Of a stretch of 64,000 nt of DNA, positions 41,372 to 52,915 are shown one piece after another. Position 1 is the first letter of the stretch. Every line of letters begins with the position of its first letter. Both the position numbers and the translations under genes were made by a program. The notes below the pieces were generated by a model. The model saw only the letters and a program-made list of their open reading frames with translations. It made no database searches and was not told the DNA's origin. The stretch covers positions 31,771 through 95,770 of the IMG/VR virus record IMGVR_UViG_3300035694_000001. The stretch is one strand, 5' to 3'. The DNA is from a virus.

Positions 41372-41833
41372 ATGGCTAATATGCCAATTAAATACCCACC
41401 ACCTGCTGGTGAGCTGTGGGATTTCTGGAAGTGGTCGGATATCCCATCAACTGTGAATCCTGGGCAGGTCTATTTGCGTCGACTTCGAGTAATCAGCACA
41501 CCTTGGTTTGCTGTGTACCTACACAAAATCAACGAGGCCGACGCCGGTCGATATCCTCATGACCACCCATGGAACTTTTGCTCTTTGGTCTTGCGAGGCG
41601 GGTACCGGGAAGAGATATGGCCGACCGAACGGCATTTTGATTTATGCACTTGGCAGCGCTGGTCGTTTCATAAGATGGCCCTCTCGTCTGCGCATCGAAT
41701 CGTTTTGATCGAATCGGATACCGTAACTCTGGTGGTGACGGGCAAGCGCCAGCGCAGGTTCCGTTTCTGGACACCCGAGGGGAAAATCCCATGGGATAAA
41801 ATGAAACCCAGTGAGGTCAATGATGTCGACTAG
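41372..41833 (+). CDS. cupin-like phage protein
   Basis: YLH..PHDHPW.F.S.VL.GGY.E..HRI..TLV. Confidence 0.7.
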   Translation: MANMPIKYPPPAGELWDFWKWSDIPSTVNPGQVYLRRLRVISTPWFAVYLHKINEADAGRYPHDHPWNFCSLVLRGGYREEIWPTERHFDLCTWQRWSFHKMALSSAHRIVLIESDTVTLVVTGKRQRRFRFWTPEGKIPWDKMKPSEVNDVD

Positions 41834-42260
41834 TGAAGTACAGAAACAACTAGACGCAGTCACAGGTCACGCCTCTTCCGGCAACTGGCAAGGTTTCCGG
41901 TCCGTACTGCTCAACGCTGCGCATGCGCTGGGCGCCGAGGTGAACGCCGGGCGCATGACCCGAGATGAAGCCACCATGCGCCTTGGCATCGCGATCCGGG
42001 CTGCCGGTCATGTGCCTAATACTGATGACCGGCGTTGGATCGCTCAGGGTCTAGAGGACGCATGTGCGAGGCCCGCAAACCCACGAGAAGACCTCGGTAA
42101 ATTAGTGTGGGCTACGTGGAAAGAAACAGACGTACCCCTTCCCGTTGACATACGGTGGGAGTCTTTGCCTCCCAGCTATAAGCATGTTTTTGCTACCATA
42201 GGCAAAGCTCTTTATGATGCTGGATTCCAAGCCGGCGCGGATTCGGTGCATCATGTTTAG
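41823..42260 (+). CDS. stand-alone paralog of the primase internal helical domain
   Basis: LDAVT.HA..W.GFR..L..PNTDD..WI.QGL.D shared with ORF 45276-47600. Confidence 0.7.
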   Translation: MSTSEVQKQLDAVTGHASSGNWQGFRSVLLNAAHALGAEVNAGRMTRDEATMRLGIAIRAAGHVPNTDDRRWIAQGLEDACARPANPREDLGKLVWATWKETDVPLPVDIRWESLPPSYKHVFATIGKALYDAGFQAGADSVHHV

Positions 42261-43635
42261 TCCGATCCGGTACTCCACATCTCCAGCACCTTGGGTGCCA
42301 GGCGCCTTGCTGCATCGAGGTGAGTGTCTGCGGGTGCTTCGTTCGCTGCCGGACGCCTCGGTCTCCTGTGTCATCACAGACCCTCCGTACGGGCTCTCAG
42401 ACGTCTCCAGCGCGGACACGATCCAAGCGCTCACCGCGTGGGTGTCTGGTGACCGTGAGCGGGTACCAACCGGCCGAGGGTTCATGGGCAACGAGTGGGA
42501 TCGGTTCGTGCCTCCTCCGGCTGTCTGGGACGAGTGCCTACGGGTGCTCAAGCCGGGCGGCTATATGGCTGTGTTCGCGGGGGCTCGCACGGCAGATTTG
42601 ATGGGCCTGTCTATCAGGCTTGCTGGGTTCGAGATCCGCGACACCATTACTTGGATGTATGGTAATGGATTCCCAAAAAGCTTAGATGTCGGCAAGGCTA
42701 TTGATAAAGCCGCCGGGGCTGTACGGGAAGTAGTAGGTATTCATCATAGGCACGGCGGGGGCTCACCTAATTCTAGCTCAATGAGCGGGCCTCTTGGCAC
42801 AGGAAGCCAACTACCATTAACAACCCCTGCCACCAAAGAAGCCAAGAAATGGGAAGGATGGGGCACAGCTCTCAAGCCCGCAGGCGAGCCGATCATCGTT
42901 GCGCGTAAGCCTTTCGTCGGCACCATCGCGGCTAATGTACTGAAGCACGGCACTGGTGGGATGAATATCGATGGTTGTCGGGTGCCGACTTCTACAGCCG
43001 ACGCTCTAGCGATGGAACGCGCTAATACACCAGGTAGTCACCGAATGAAAAAGGGCAGCAGTCCAATCGGAACTTTTGCCCGAAGTTCATCAAGTGGTGC
43101 GCTGGATACTACTGCTGGTCGTTGGCCCGCCAACGTCGTGCTTTCGCATGGTGAAGATTGCGAGGTAGAAAGTTGTGTTGCTGGGTGTCCAGTTGCTGAG
43201 CTTGATCAGCAGAGTGGCCCAACAGGATCTTGGTCCCCTAAAGGTCGGGCCACTTACACGGATACAGGCAAAGGTTCATCATTCATGATGCCTATCACCG
43301 AGAAGACTCATTACGGAGATTACGGAGGCGGAGCATCTCGGTTCTTTAACGCTTTCCGCTACCAAGCCAAGGCACCGAAATCTGAGCGGCCGGTTGTCAA
43401 CGGGGTTGCGCACCCGACTGTCAAGCCACTGGCTCTCATGGAATGGCTCGTTACTTTATTTACTCCGCTTTACGGCGTAGTGCTCGATCCATTCACAGGG
43501 TCGGGCACTACAGGCCATGCTGCTCTGAAGCTGGGGTTTAGCTCGATTTTGATTGAAAGAGATGCCCAATACTGGCCACTGATTGACAAACGATTTGGTG
43601 ATTATTTGGGTTCGTTGAAAGCCGAGGTGGGCTGA
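42253..43635 (+). CDS. DNA amino-methyltransferase (N6A/N4C, beta class)
   Basis: TDPPY, HPTVKP, VLDPFTGSGTT. Confidence 0.93.
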   Translation: MFSPIRYSTSPAPWVPGALLHRGECLRVLRSLPDASVSCVITDPPYGLSDVSSADTIQALTAWVSGDRERVPTGRGFMGNEWDRFVPPPAVWDECLRVLKPGGYMAVFAGARTADLMGLSIRLAGFEIRDTITWMYGNGFPKSLDVGKAIDKAAGAVREVVGIHHRHGGGSPNSSSMSGPLGTGSQLPLTTPATKEAKKWEGWGTALKPAGEPIIVARKPFVGTIAANVLKHGTGGMNIDGCRVPTSTADALAMERANTPGSHRMKKGSSPIGTFARSSSSGALDTTAGRWPANVVLSHGEDCEVESCVAGCPVAELDQQSGPTGSWSPKGRATYTDTGKGSSFMMPITEKTHYGDYGGGASRFFNAFRYQAKAPKSERPVVNGVAHPTVKPLALMEWLVTLFTPLYGVVLDPFTGSGTTGHAALKLGFSSILIERDAQYWPLIDKRFGDYLGSLKAEVG

Positions 43636-44056
43636 GCGATGATACCCAGATTCCAAGGTGACCTGCAGCCACCGCCTGATGCCGACTTCATCCCGGCTGA
43701 TGAGCTGCCGTACCCGTACTTGATTCAGGTGCTGCACGCTACTGCCAGCCTAGCTCTGCATTACGGCATCAAATATGTTGTGATCGGCTGGCATAGTGAC
43801 CTCGGTAACGGAGAGAGCGGCATTCGACTGTGCTCAGATGGCTGCTTCGACGGTATACACAGCACTTACACAATTCTACCTGATATCCTTTACATAGAGG
43901 CTCAGCTTAATGACGAGATCCCGCCATACGAAACACACAGTCTCACTATCCCTCGGACCGATGGCCGCTCAGTGGTTGTGTTTCGTGGAGACGCTGAGAC
44001 TAAGAGTTTCTGGTGAGAGACATCAAGGAATACTACCTATTATTAATGGAGAAACC

Positions 44057-44557
44057 ATGGACCAGATCGAACATAGGCATAATAACCAATTCGGTGCGCG
44101 GATGGACCACGAGCATGACGGTTTGCCGTATCATGGCCATGATCTAGATAGGAACGATGGGCGGGCGCAATATTACCAGGTAGCCAGCCCTGAGCAGTCG
44201 GTCACCCTAAACCCTGCCGACCCGTTCGACGCGGCACTGATTCCTATCGTCAAGACGAATCGGGCCAAGCGCAAAGATTACGCCAAAGATGGTGACCCAT
44301 TCTCGAACTTCAAGACCACAGCAGCGATGCTGGGGCTTGATGGGTTCGGGCCGGCCGAGTCGGCTTACTTCAACGTGCTTCAAAAAGTCGCCCGGCTGCA
44401 GTCGTTACGCATGAACGGCCGCATGGCAGACACCGCTAATGAGTCGGTGCTCGACACCTACCTCGACTTGGCAGTGTACGGAGTCATCCTTTATGCCATT
44501 GTTTTGGGGCAGGCGGCGTGTGAAGTCAGAAATGAGATTTTCCATGATGCGGGCTGA
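44057..44557 (+). CDS. DUF1599 / nucleotide-modification-associated domain protein
   Basis: KRKDYA..DPFSNF..KVARL..ESVLDTYLDLAVY. Confidence 0.75.
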   Translation: MDQIEHRHNNQFGARMDHEHDGLPYHGHDLDRNDGRAQYYQVASPEQSVTLNPADPFDAALIPIVKTNRAKRKDYAKDGDPFSNFKTTAAMLGLDGFGPAESAYFNVLQKVARLQSLRMNGRMADTANESVLDTYLDLAVYGVILYAIVLGQAACEVRNEIFHDAG

Positions 44558-44745
44558 GTTGCAATTCGGGGTGTGCTACCTGTCGAGCGGCATCGTCGTG
44601 CCGACGCGCACAGACAAAATTGCTTATCGCACGGTGGACAAGCTCTTAGCCCTTAATGTCCCAGCCGAGGTGAAGTGCCGGAGGATCACTTACGGGGCCT
44701 GGGGACGGCCGCAAATAGAATTATTGAGCAGGGGGTAGTAGAGAC

Positions 44746-45279
44746 ATGGACTTTAAGTACCCGGTAATTGTGGTAGACACTGAGACTACCGGGCTCGAAC
44801 TAACCGAAGGACACTTTGCTGTTGAGGTGGCCTGGTGGAACCTTGTCACCAACGAGCGAGACTGCTTTATCCCACCGCACAGCGTGACTCTTGCGCTGCG
44901 CATCGGTGACCCTGCAGCACTAGAGATGAATAAGTATCGGGACCGGATTGCGTTGCGTATCTCTGCCCAAGACACCAGCGGCCACCAAGCGTCGAGGCTT
45001 GAAGACCAACTAAGGGATAGCACTCTCGCCGGCTCCAATCCACGGTTTGACGCCAGTTTTCTAGTACCGAGGGTTCTCCGGCCGGTCTGGCATCACAGAC
45101 TCTGGGATCTAGCCCCTTATGCGGCTGGGATCTTAGGGCTTGACTACCTGCCAGGCCTCGCTGATGTGTGCGAGCAACTGGGGGTGCAGCCGCCCGGTCA
45201 CACCGCTGAGGGCGACGTGACCGCTACCGGCCGTTGCTTGTTGATTCTGCGGGCGCGTGCGGCCATGGACCCTCGGTGA
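44746..45279 (+). CDS. DEDDh 3'-5' exonuclease (DnaQ-like)
   Basis: VDTETTGL, GSNPRFD, HTAEGDV. Confidence 0.9.
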   Translation: MDFKYPVIVVDTETTGLELTEGHFAVEVAWWNLVTNERDCFIPPHSVTLALRIGDPAALEMNKYRDRIALRISAQDTSGHQASRLEDQLRDSTLAGSNPRFDASFLVPRVLRPVWHHRLWDLAPYAAGILGLDYLPGLADVCEQLGVQPPGHTAEGDVTATGRCLLILRARAAMDPR

Positions 45280-47600
45280 GTAGCGCCGTGCAACCTCAAA
45301 GTGTGGTGTCTGTGTATGGGTCGGTGGCGCAGACCTACTACCAGCGCGGCTGGGAAGGTGTGCTGCCACTGCCACCAGGGGCCAAGACCGAACCCCCCAA
45401 GGGCTACACAGGCGACACCGGGCGGTACCCGACGCAGGCTCAGGTGGCCGGCTGGGCGAGCACCCATGCCGCCGGCAACGTCGCCTTGCGGCTGCCGGAC
45501 AATGTCCTCGGACTCGATGTCGACGCCTACGAAGGCAAGCTGGGTGGCCAGACGCTAGCGGCCTTAGAAGCCCGGCTGGGGCGCCTCCCGGCTACCTGGG
45601 TGAGCACGTCCCGCGAGGACGGCAGCGGATCCGGGATTCGCCTCTTCCGGGCACCTGGCGGCCTGGTATGGCGCAACGGCATCGGCGCGGACATCGACGT
45701 CATCCGCCGGTCCTGGCGCTACGCTGTGGTCTGGCCGAGTACGCACCCCAAAACCCGCAGCACCTACCGCTGGTACGCGCCCGGCTGGATCCCGGCGGTC
45801 GCACCGCCTGGGCCTGGGGATCTTGCTGAGTTGCCTTTTCCCTGGGTGCAGTTTTTGACCGAAGTACCGGAAGTAGGGAAACCGAGGGCAAGCAAAGGAG
45901 TAAATCGTCTTAAGTCTGATGACTTTTTTGAACCGCCGATTCCTTATAAGGAGGCTAACCGCAGAATCCGGGCACGTTTGGATGCTGTGACTGACCATGC
46001 GCGTCGAGGGTGGGCTGGCTTCCGGGATACTTTACGGGATTCTTCATATGATATTGGTGGATTTGTTGGCGGAGGGCATCTTAGCTATGAGGAAGCTCAG
46101 CAAGCTTTGACCCAAGCTATTATGTACGCAAGCACACCAGACCGTCCAGTATGGCCAAATACAGATGATTTGTTGTGGATTCAACAAGGGCTTGATGATG
46201 GAGCTTCGTTAGCGTGGAAGGTAGCTAAGCCTAGGCCGGTGACACCTGACCCAAAAGTAATAACGGAAGGACGTAGTGACAGCGAAGAAGTAAAGAAGGG
46301 TGATGGTAAAAGGGGGCGCAAGCTTCCTCTTATCCCTGACCATGTGTGGGAAAAAAGGAGCTGGTTGCAGGCAATCCGAGATAGGTCGCGAGGCACATCC
46401 GATAGCCCGGATGGTGTGCTTGGCGCTGTGCTAGGCATTTACGCTGCTAGCGTCCCACACAATGTCAAGATTTCGACAGGTATCCGGCGGCCGATCGGCT
46501 TTTCGCTCCTTGTTGGGCTCGTGAGTAAATCAGGTCGGGGCAAGTCCAGCGCCTGGGGGATGGCGTGCGATGAGTTTGCCCCTGATGATGCAGCACCTAT
46601 CTACCCCGTGCCTACTGGGGAAGGGCTCACCGAAAAACTAATGGGGAAGGTGATCACGATCGATCCTTTTACAGGCAAGGAGGTAAGCGATAAGAAGCAA
46701 GTTCGGTATAACGCGATATTCCATATCGATGAGGGCGCAGCACTTAACGCGGGGATGCTTCGGGATGGGGCCTCGGTCGGCGCCGTCATGCGGGCTATGT
46801 TCTCAGACCAGCAACTTGGTAACGCTAACGCTGATGTAGACCGAGCGCGCAACATCCCACGCGGGATGTACTCTCTTTCTCTGATCGTGGGCTATCAGCC
46901 GTCAACAGCTATGCGGATAGTTAAAGACACCTCTACAGGGATGGCTCAGCGGTTCCTGTGGTTCTCTGCCCGCCGGCGGCCGACGATGGAGCCCGGCATC
47001 CCTGAAGTGCCGAGGTTTGTGCTGCCCCACATCACGACTCTGCCTGCAGCGAATACATCGAGCGGGGCGGCACAGCATCTCGTGCACGTGGCGCCGGACG
47101 TGGCGGCTCTGATTCAGCACGAGAGCGATGCACGGGACGCTGCGGATGAAGACGACGCGGAAGACGACCTCGACTCGCAGCGGCCTGTTGTGGTGGCCAA
47201 GGTGGCGGGGCTGGCCTGCTTGATCGAAGGCCGGACACAGATCACCATGGACGACTGGCAGCTGGCCAGCGAGCTGTACGCGGCTAGTTGCGCCGTGCGT
47301 GACGAACTGATCGAGCTGGACGAAGAGCGGTCCGTTGTCGAGCGCCGGACCCAGGCGGCCCAGCAAGGCGAGGCTGATCAGGTGCGGAAGATGTACGGGG
47401 TCGAGGTGGTCAACGTCGCCGGCACGATCGTGCGACGGCTGCAGAAACTTGCTCGCTCTGTGCCGCACCGGGATTTGGTGCATGCAGTTGCCTCAAAACA
47501 TCGCGTTTACTTACGTAAATCCATAGAGTTAGCTCTAGAACAGAGCTGGATTGTCGAGGTAGATGGAAAATTTTTGATCGGCGATGTGCCGTTTGAGTAA
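45276..47600 (+). CDS. bifunctional primase-polymerase with C-terminal helicase-like domain
   Basis: VLPLPPGAK..NVAL..LGLDVD..YAVVWPSTH; P-loop SKSGRGKS, IDE. Confidence 0.88.
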   Translation: MSSAVQPQSVVSVYGSVAQTYYQRGWEGVLPLPPGAKTEPPKGYTGDTGRYPTQAQVAGWASTHAAGNVALRLPDNVLGLDVDAYEGKLGGQTLAALEARLGRLPATWVSTSREDGSGSGIRLFRAPGGLVWRNGIGADIDVIRRSWRYAVVWPSTHPKTRSTYRWYAPGWIPAVAPPGPGDLAELPFPWVQFLTEVPEVGKPRASKGVNRLKSDDFFEPPIPYKEANRRIRARLDAVTDHARRGWAGFRDTLRDSSYDIGGFVGGGHLSYEEAQQALTQAIMYASTPDRPVWPNTDDLLWIQQGLDDGASLAWKVAKPRPVTPDPKVITEGRSDSEEVKKGDGKRGRKLPLIPDHVWEKRSWLQAIRDRSRGTSDSPDGVLGAVLGIYAASVPHNVKISTGIRRPIGFSLLVGLVSKSGRGKSSAWGMACDEFAPDDAAPIYPVPTGEGLTEKLMGKVITIDPFTGKEVSDKKQVRYNAIFHIDEGAALNAGMLRDGASVGAVMRAMFSDQQLGNANADVDRARNIPRGMYSLSLIVGYQPSTAMRIVKDTSTGMAQRFLWFSARRRPTMEPGIPEVPRFVLPHITTLPAANTSSGAAQHLVHVAPDVAALIQHESDARDAADEDDAEDDLDSQRPVVVAKVAGLACLIEGRTQITMDDWQLASELYAASCAVRDELIELDEERSVVERRTQAAQQGEADQVRKMYGVEVVNVAGTIVRRLQKLARSVPHRDLVHAVASKHRVYLRKSIELALEQSWIVEVDGKFLIGDVPFE

Positions 47601-47619
47601 TACGTAAAATAAAATCTGG

Positions 47620-48170
47620 TCACTCTCTGTAATAGGGGGTGGCCATTTTTTTATTCCCGGAAAAATTTTGGTGGAATCTTCATGCCCGATTTAGGCAACC
47701 TGAGTGTCCGTTTTGGGTAAATCAAGTTCCAACGTTGGAAGGGGCGGTGGAACACATCGTCGCAGCTCAGAGCACGTTGGAATCGTTGGAACCGTTCCAC
47801 CACCCTCCCGAGCCCCTAGGCAATATTTTGTAATATTACAGATTACCGAGGGTAATTATTTCCTCTGTATTTAATGTATCGTAACAGTGTTATAAAACTA
47901 CTTATACATCACGTAAGGAAAATATTATTTATTCACAAATATTTACCCCGTCGGGTGTGGAGGGTGTTGGAATCGTTGGAACCGTTCCAACGTGCCCTGA
48001 CCTGCGACGATACGTTCCACCACTGTTCCACCGCCCCCAGAGCTAGCAGCGTTTGCCCAGGTCAGAGGCTTTCCACCGTTGGAACGCTAGGGCGTTTGCC
48101 CAGGTCAGAGCGCTGGCTTCTTGATAGATTAGTCATCGTTGCAGGTCAGGGCACTAGCCTTGCGGAAAAC
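47620..48170. repeat. putative replication origin: AT-rich core flanked by TTGGAA/TTCCAA iterons
   Basis: 24-bp direct repeat at 47776 and 47966; ~37-bp inverted repeat 47747-47782 / 47985-48021; directly after the primase. Confidence 0.75.
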
Positions 48171-48196
48171 TAGCTCTTGTGTGATACGATCACGTC

Positions 48197-48367
48197 ATGA
48201 CTGATCACGAAACGGAAGAGTGCCTAGTGGCGCCGATCCAAACCATGTACGCCCCCTCGGACCGAGAACGGATCCGAGCGGCTGCGCGGCGCAAGCATCT
48301 GGCACCCTCGGTCCTTCAGCGCGTTGTGGTGCTTGAATGGCTGGATGCCCAGGAGCGTGGAGTATGA
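48197..48367 (+). CDS. small ribbon-helix-helix-like protein (not in ORF track)
   Basis: IQTMYAPSDRERIRAAARRKHLAPSVLQRVVVLEWL; TACGAT ends 6 nt before the ATG. Confidence 0.55.
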   Translation: MTDHETEECLVAPIQTMYAPSDRERIRAAARRKHLAPSVLQRVVVLEWLDAQERGV

Positions 48368-48870
48368 TGCGCTGCGCTCTTTACCGACATTTTGATGTTG
48401 ATGATGTGCTTCTCTATGTTGGTATCAGTGAACGACCAGGCGCTCGATCTAGCGGACACGCCGCTGATAGTGTGTGGGTTCAATTTGCTGTACGTGAGGA
48501 GGCTGTGTGGTTGGACAGTCGTGAAGAAGCGTTAGCAGCTGAGCGCATCACGATCCAATCTGAAAAACCTTTGTTTAACCGGCAACACGTCAATTACGAT
48601 AAACAGCCTACGATTGATTATCTCGCTCGCCAACTCAAGTGCATTCAAGAGCATACAGTTTGCAATTCTATGCATGGAATTGCTTCCGCTTCAATAGAAC
48701 GGGCGGTTTATCGGTGGCTTGATACAGCGACGTTCGCGGACGGACAGATTCTCAATGATTTTAGTGAGCCTGTGGAGCGAGCTGTCAGAGATTGGCTAGA
48801 AAAGAAACAACCTCCGCTTATTGTCGCGCCGTGGTCTGCTCAGAATGGAGCCCAGAATGCCAGCATGTAA
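48364..48870 (+). CDS. GIY-YIG nuclease-domain protein
   Basis: LYRHFD..LLYVGIS..R..H..ALAAE..I..EKPLFN. Confidence 0.8.
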   Translation: MMRCALYRHFDVDDVLLYVGISERPGARSSGHAADSVWVQFAVREEAVWLDSREEALAAERITIQSEKPLFNRQHVNYDKQPTIDYLARQLKCIQEHTVCNSMHGIASASIERAVYRWLDTATFADGQILNDFSEPVERAVRDWLEKKQPPLIVAPWSAQNGAQNASM

Positions 48871-51244
48871 GCAGCTGCGCCAGCACGACACCCTCAGCAT
48901 CGCGGCCGGCGCACAAGTTAAGATTCTGGAATGTGGAGATGAAGCGACGGAGACGGTCGCCCTCGGTGGCGAGGTGTACGAGATGTGCCAGCGGTGCGCG
49001 ACGGATGCGGTCAACCAGTTCAGCGCTGTTGAAATCAAGGCGGCCCAGGAGCGGGACGCAGCCCGGCTCCGGCAGTACTCGGAGATCATGGCGACCGGCG
49101 CGGAGGTCTGGGTGTCTTATCCCGAGATCGCTGGGTGGTTCGGTGCGTGTGCCGTGCAGCTAGAGGCCATGGCGGTTGATGTCTTGGAAGGGAAGTTGTG
49201 AGCCAGTTTTTTGACCCTGGCGCTGAGCTGCCCCCGGACCTTGAGCGCATCGCCGAGGCGCTGCAGGGTATCCGCAAGGAGCTGGGCTTGATCCGGCACT
49301 CACTGGAGGCGATAGCCAAAATCCAGCTGCTGTGACCACCACCACGGCGCCCAGATGCCCCGCCAGGGCTTCGCTCACGCCGCTAGGGCCGGCTCGCCCG
49401 TGTCCCTGGTAGGCCCAGATGCTCTACGAGGCCCTCAGGCTGTGTTTTCATGATCGATAAGTAAAGAAGGGACAAACCAGACATGACCACGGCGTTTCCA
49501 GTGCTCGACATGGCCAAGCAAGGCCCCCGGCTGGCGCACAACTCCCGAGCCGTGATGGCCCAGGTGGGCTGGCTGGGACACTCTGGGTCGGTCTACGCAC
49601 TCGATGACGAACCGCACGACCAGCGAGAACGAGGCGGCTACAGCCCGCTCTACATCCAAATTGGCCGCTGGGAGCATCTTGGCGACGGCAAGTACGGGAT
49701 CAAAGACTAGGAGGGTTGATGGGTATTCATTTGGGCGGCGTAGGGCTTGGCGCAGCCGGCGGCGGAGGAGGCACATGGGGTGAGAATCTATGGCCACTTG
49801 ATACGGCGTTGCATAGCTGGCCGAGTGCGAAAGACGAGGACCGATAATGTCAATCGAAGAAGACCGACAGCGGTACCTGGCTGCCGCGCATGCTGTGCAG
49901 ACATCGATAGCCTTTACTATGGGCCGCGATACTGAACCTAAGCATCTCCGTACTGGAATTGATCTCACGAAAAGTGATCAAGGCGCGCTGGCGACTTTGC
50001 TGATCGAGAAAGGGGTTATCACAGAAGCGGAGTACTTTAAGGCACTCGCCGATGGTATGGAGCGCGAGAAAGAAATGCGAGAGGCTGAGATGGGGGTTAA
50101 GTTAAAATAATGGGATCTTCACCCTCGGCTGAACTGTACTGGGGTTTCAACCTCGGCGAGATGGTAGACGAAGACTGGGAACCTACTGGCCCTTCATGGC
50201 TTGTGCACGAAGAGAATTTTGATGGCGGTGATCGGGACTGGCGGGAAGAGTTGGCTACGCGGCTGGGCTGGGAGGAGGTACCGTTCCCGGAAGATCTGTG
50301 CCCGGCACGACCGAAGTACACATCTGACCCGCGCAAAAACCGGCAACTTGGACAAGAGTATGGGGAGAAAGAAAAAGCTTTTTATCTCACGCCGGAGTAT
50401 TTAGCATACTCGGCTAGTCGAGATCGTATGCGTGAGTTGGTGAAAGACTGCCCAGTTGAGTTGCACATCTGGAATTCTTCGGAAGACTCCGAGTACTGCG
50501 TGCGAATTTTGGCGTCTGTGCAGTGTGCTGATGATTGGGGCTCAATTGAGTTGCAGCCGCTTGAGGTTGATCCGGCATGGCATGATCAGCTTCTTCAGTT
50601 CATGACCGTATTGGAGTTGCCCGTGCCAGAAGATAAGCAGCCGGGCTGGCACATGTGCTGTGCTTATGGGTGAGGGGTTTTCTATGGACGACAAGATGCC
50701 CTGTGGTGCGCCAATTGGTGTTATGTGTTTATGCCACGACTATGTGAAGCCGGCAAACTGGGACCTTACTGGCAGTTTGCCGGCGGCCGAAGTGTGGGTG
50801 CCTCGGTCAAAACGGTCGGTCGAGGTACCGAATCTTAGCGTCTCCGGCGACGGACCGGCCTAGCTCGTCAGTGGCCACATACCAGATGTAAACGAACGGG
50901 TCGCCGACGTAGGGGGCAAGACCGGCGGCCTTTTCTTTGATGAGAATGTGTGTGCTTATGGCGGGCTCGTGGGCCGAGCTGCCGGTGAGCGTGAGGTTTA
51001 GTCGTTGCGTGAATGGCACCTGTACGCGGTCTGGCGGGTACCTAGGGGATCCATTGAGCCAGTCTCGTAACCAGGACATCATGTCTTGGTAAGCCGGGTG
51101 GCACTCGCCAGGCGGCGGGGGCTCTCGCATGCCCGGATCATAGCACCTCGGCAACGTAACGCTATCCGTTGCAATTCTGCAACTGATCATGAACTTTCGG
51201 TACTACTCGTCAGAAGTAGACACACGGTGGTAGCATCCCGAGAC

Positions 51245-51445
51245 ATGGCGACGGACGGACAGTTAACCAGGGGTGCAGCAGCGTGCATACTTGGTATTAG
51301 CGTTCGTCAATTAGATCGATACGGTGACGAAGGCATATTAACCAAGTACTCCAATGGGTCCAACCGCGTTCGGTACTGCCGGCAGCAGGTGGAGACCCTC
51401 CGGCGTCGCCGTGACCAGTTCGTGCCTGCCCGCGAGGCCTGCTGA
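51245..51445 (+). CDS. MerR/excisionase-like HTH protein
   Basis: LTRGAAACILGISVRQLDRY..RVRY. Confidence 0.75.
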   Translation: MATDGQLTRGAAACILGISVRQLDRYGDEGILTKYSNGSNRVRYCRQQVETLRRRRDQFVPAREAC

Positions 51446-52915
51446 CGCTAGGTGCCCCCTGTTGCGGGCTGTTGACCCTGCTTGACCTGCGATGTTGTGC
51501 CCTGTTGACCCCTGGCTAGCTTTGCGGTAACGTTGTTGAGCAGACCAACAAACTGAGGGTGTCAAACCCAACGGAGGGGAACTATGCATGAACGAAGCGC
51601 GGTAGATGGTGACGAGCTGGTAACCATCGAGCCGGCCGCAGAGCCCCGGCAGTACCTCACGCGGGTAGATGAGTTCGAGGTGTGGAGCATCCAGACTGCA
51701 GCCGAGATTGCCCAGGACTACGAGTACAGCCACTACAGCGGGTGTGGTCGCCCGGACGTCATCATGCTGTTGTCGCTCGATGGCACCGCACCGGAGTGGG
51801 TAACTGCCGTGATCATGGCTCACTTGGCCGACGAAGACGATTACCTCTACACCACCTATGAACTACGGGATGCATCAGGCAACACACATGACCGGTTTAC
51901 GGTCAAAATTGATGGGAGAGCGTGATGACTGTTTGGGGTTTTCTTACAGGAGACCATAGCAAAACTAGCCTTCAAAGTAGCCGAGAGCCTGAGCAAGATG
52001 CGGATTGCACGTGCTACAAAAATATGTTCGGGAGCTGGGTGCTCGACCCTCGCTGTCCATCTTCCATCCGACGCAAGGCCGCCCAGTGAGATGAGTAAGC
52101 AGCGATGTGCCCGCTGCGGACATACAACGCCCTATTGCGAGCGGTGCAAGCGCAGCGACCCGTTCCTTGGTGGTCGAGTCAATAATCAGTATTTCTGCCA
52201 CACATACAGCTCTGAGTATCCGACGTGTTATATGCGCGAAACCCAGGAAGGTTCCAAATCATGAATACCACAATGACAATCCAAGATGCCAACGTAATTC
52301 GGCTGCGTGAGATCAATCCTGAGCGGGTCTATGCTGAGGCAGTAGGCATCGAAGCCCGGCAGGCCTGTGACACTGATTTTCTACACGGCAAGGCCGTGGT
52401 GTCGATCTGGCCGGAAGGCCACCCATACCTCGATGCGGTGTGCATGGCGTGCGCGGTGCCGGTTATCGAAGGATGGCTCACCTTGGATGTCTGCGATTAC
52501 GTTACGGTTCGGGTGCTGGCATGACTTACCAAGCGCCAGTCGAGTTGCTCTCCGCTGCAGAAAGTGTTTTCGATGGTTGGTATGCGGAGTCTTCTCGTAT
52601 TGATTGGGAAGATTTTATTGACCGGCTAGAGACGTACGCGGGTGTTGACATGGGCAGTGACATGACGTCGCCAGCCATCCAAGCTGTACAACGACATATA
52701 CGGACTTACCGGAAGCTAGAGAGTTAAATTATGGCGGCCCTATTACAAGTTCTTAATGACCTAGCCCAGACGGGCTGGGACGGGCTGAGCCCAATCTTCG
52801 CAGCGGTTTGGAGCAAGGGTGTGCTCGCCACGCTGGCGGCCGTGGCGTTCGTGCTCTGGGCATGGAAAGCCTCGTGAGCTGTAACACTGTTGAGCTGAAC
52901 AACGACATACTGAGT

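Noticed and set aside
42253-43635. Complete restriction-modification system
   Set aside because: No adjacent restriction endonuclease; orphan methyltransferases are routine in phages
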